From Octopus sinensis (Eukaryota): a stretch of DNA of 64,000 bases. A program made the translations under genes and the position numbers. The stretch is from assembly GCF_006345805.1 (NCBI RefSeq), contig NC_043000.1, positions 54,622,001 through 54,686,000 of the forward strand, written 5' to 3'. Within the stretch, counting starts at the first letter, position 1. Every line of letters starts with the position of its first letter. Positions 60,816 to 64,000 of this stretch are shown piece after piece. Under the pieces are notes generated by a model. That model saw only the letters and a program-made list of their open reading frames with translations, searched no databases and had not been told where the DNA came from.

Positions 60816-63711
60816 TTGTTTGTGTTATTTAGACGACACAGCTTAGACGTGATTTTGCAGGTTTATGATCAAATTTTTCAGATGTGTCAAACCCTTTTGT
60901 CTTTCGTAAGGCATCGAATGTACAGGGTTACATTATGCAATTGTCGTTATCCCCTTTCACAACAAGTGTGATGCGACTTGGTTGTTGTTGTATCAGATCG
61001 AATTATCAACCAAAAGCGACAGAGTTGGTGCCTAATATGATTAGATATGCAAGAATATAGGAACTATAATATAAAAGTGCGAATATATTATATAATTCAT
61101 TGTAATAATAGGAGAAAGTGTCGTTTCACAACTATGATTAATTAAATTCCTTAGAATATCACCATTTCTACAATACGGGCAGTAGGCATATATCAGCCCC
61201 TATTGTATAAATTGTGGAGAATTAATTTTACGAATTATATCATCTAAAAAAGATTAGACAGACTGTCAACGTTAAGGTATAGGAGAGTCTGCGACACGCT
61301 ACTGCCCAAATCCCCTTCTAGCACCCTACTTTGTAATAAAGCGGAAAGTCGCTATATGTAGTTGTATCGCATATCTTTAAAAAAATCTTTATTGATAGCG
61401 GGTAGAAAGTCTTACAGAACAGGCTTCAATGATGACAGTTAGCCTGGGGCTAAACATAAACAACAAACAGCTACACCCACTTAAGATAGGCAATATCTAG
61501 TTATATATTTGGATTAATCAGATATCTCTTACAGGGGTTTCCTAATATTGCATACGATTGATAAAAGCTGTACTTGAAACAATCATCACAATTCTAACTT
61601 AATATAAACTACCACATAAGAAGAATCTTCATTATCAGGACAATCATCATCATAAAGAACATCATCAATATGCTGGAGTTAATTATCCACATCAGTAATT
61701 TTATTCTATTTTTTTAAAAAGTAGTAACTATATCATAGTGGTATGATTGATCAATATTAGTTTTAACGTATTGTGGCACGAATTGTCTTTGTTTTAGTAT
61801 TAACTGCGACTGGAATTACAGCTAATCGAGAAACGAGACTAAATGGGAATATTGAACTTTATATTGGCGGTCAATTAAATCTCAAGTGATCTCTATAATA
61901 TTATTGATTACGCACAATAGTTGAGAGAAACTTAAGAAGTATATAGCTATTAATTATAAATTCATTTATTCTCTATGGCTAACTTTGCAAAAATAAGAAA
62001 ATTCGCCATAAAATTGTAGCTGATATTTATATCGCTGAAAATTTCAAACGAACGACCACGAACATCAATGCGTTTTAATACCTGATGTCATCGCCACTGG
62101 TATCTATAATTACCAGAAGTATATCTGATCATATTATTTAACACTGGACGTTTGCATGTCCGTTAAGTATCAGCCATGAAATAAAAAGATAGCATGTAAA
62201 ATGCAGTTTGAATATAACCACAACTTATTTATCTGTGATACTACATTCATTAGACGCTAACACATTTTGCATGATTGTTAGTAGTTTTATGTCTTCTTAT
62301 ATTCAATTGATCGTATTAGTTAAGTACTGTGGCAATATATGCAAAAAGAAAGTACTCATTAGGACACCAAATATATGATTAGTCATCGGTAGAAGATCGG
62401 CTGCTAGATATGTCGAAAACATTGTGTTACAATAGTACTTTCCATTTTCCTTCTTGGTACACGTAGTATATTTGCTTCTCTACGTGTAAAATATCGTGAT
62501 ATTTGTATGGGATCTGATTAATATTAACATATATCCATGATTCAGAATGTGCAAAGCCAACTGAGAGAAAAATTATCTAATTTACTAAGATTGTTTATGA
62601 CTTCCAAAATTGTCTACAAAAATCATTTCTGATCTTCTCTCTTGAAAATGTCAGCTATAATACACGTACATCCTTTCAAAGTTAGCATGAATATAGGTAT
62701 TATATAAAAACGAATCGATTTCATAATTGTTCATATACTATCCTTTTAAATAAACAAATATATTTAGATAGTGAAGCTATAATGCGAGTTTCCGAATTTA
62801 TGTATGTATATATATATATATTATATTAAATTAGAGATAAAACCACTATTAAGCAAATCATACAATGAAAAACTTAAGCCAATACATATGATTAATAAAT
62901 TTATATTATTTAAATATATATCAAAATTATTAAAAAAGATAATTAATATAAATCTATCACTAAGAAGTATCTTACAAATAAACTTAAATTTAATATCTAA
63001 TATATAGAAAATTGCGATAATTAGATCATTACATAAACAACGATATTTACATAAGGAGAATAGTATTACTCCAAAGGCTTATACAATATTAAAATTTACA
63101 ATTTGAAGATCTTAAATAAATACATACTTAACTTGGCGAGGTTTAATCAATGAACTAAAATTTTGAATCAAAAAACGTCTTTTACAGCATTTAAAGAATA
63201 CTCGTGGAATTAGGTTATTAGCAAAAAAAATAATAAATTGTTGAAGAATTCATTACGCGTGAGGAACCTACGTTTATTAAAGATTATGAATGGAAAATTA
63301 TTTGTTTATCATTGTAAAAAGAATGAATGCAGAAATAAAGAATAAAATATCTCTATACTATAATATTTATTAATAAAATAACTATGATAAATGAAACTTA
63401 ATACAAAATAAATTAAATGATTAAATGATTAAAAACCACTAATTATTAAATATATTCTAAAAATCTTATAAGATTAATAAATATATAAAATTAATTTATA
63501 TAGTAACCTCTCTATATACTATAAATTTTTCCCCATGCCCTTATAAGCTAAAATTAGTGATCATAACAAAATCTATAAATACTTAATTTAATATAATATA
63601 ATATTTTACTATAAAATTGGATTAAATCCTAAATCTGATTTTTCCCTGTAAGTTTGGATTTATTCCCTAATATTTTATTATATATATTATATATATATAT
63701 ATATATAATCT

Positions 63712-63743
<32 letters not shown>

Positions 63744-63760
63744 CATATGTTTACATATAA

Positions 63761-63840
<80 letters not shown>

Positions 63841-63887
63841 GAGTATAGAAATTCGGGGTGAGTACTTGATAATTATAAGCACCTGTG

Positions 63888-64000
63888 TATACCTATTTCT
63901 TTATTACCCACAAGGGCTAAACATAGAGGGGACAAACAACGACAGACATGGGTATTAAGTCGATTACATCGACCCCAGTGCGTAACTGGTACTTAATTTA
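63888..64000 (-). mobile_element. CORE-type SINE fragment cut by the window end
   Basis: TACCTATTTCTTTATTACCCACAAGGGCTAAACATAGAGGGGACAAAC..CGACCCCAGTGCGTAACTGG matches 42771-42954. Confidence 0.8.

Overview
AT-rich, microsatellite-laden, repeat-dominated eukaryotic DNA. It resembles a coleoid cephalopod (Octopus-type) genome, an inference from its tRNA-derived and CORE-type SINE families and its (TA)n/(AAT)n landscape. I find no convincing host protein-coding exon, and most ORFs in the track are microsatellite translations. Recognisable coding relics are all transposon-derived: Penelope-like (PLE) RT and GIY-YIG fragments, a CR1-type LINE, a Tx1/L1-type LINE, R4/Dong-type fragments and two Tc1 transposases. 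The main signal is RNA structure: about 20 type I hammerhead ribozyme (HHR) motifs from at least 7 sequence families, found by eye. (1) A head-to-tail array of ~551-bp units (92-3005) carries one intact HHR per unit, a retrozyme-like architecture predicted to release ~551-nt monomers or circles. An inverted copy abuts it, with a breakpoint at the predicted cleavage site. (2) A second, decayed ~424-bp HHR array lies at 14526-15710. (3) Fold-back elements carry an HHR on each strand (26802-27252, 45254-47414), the latter with a U3:A8 compensatory core. Ribozyme calls are hand-folded predictions, not activity data. Homopolymer indels suggest long-read consensus noise, so exact spacings and some palindromes need read-level confirmation.
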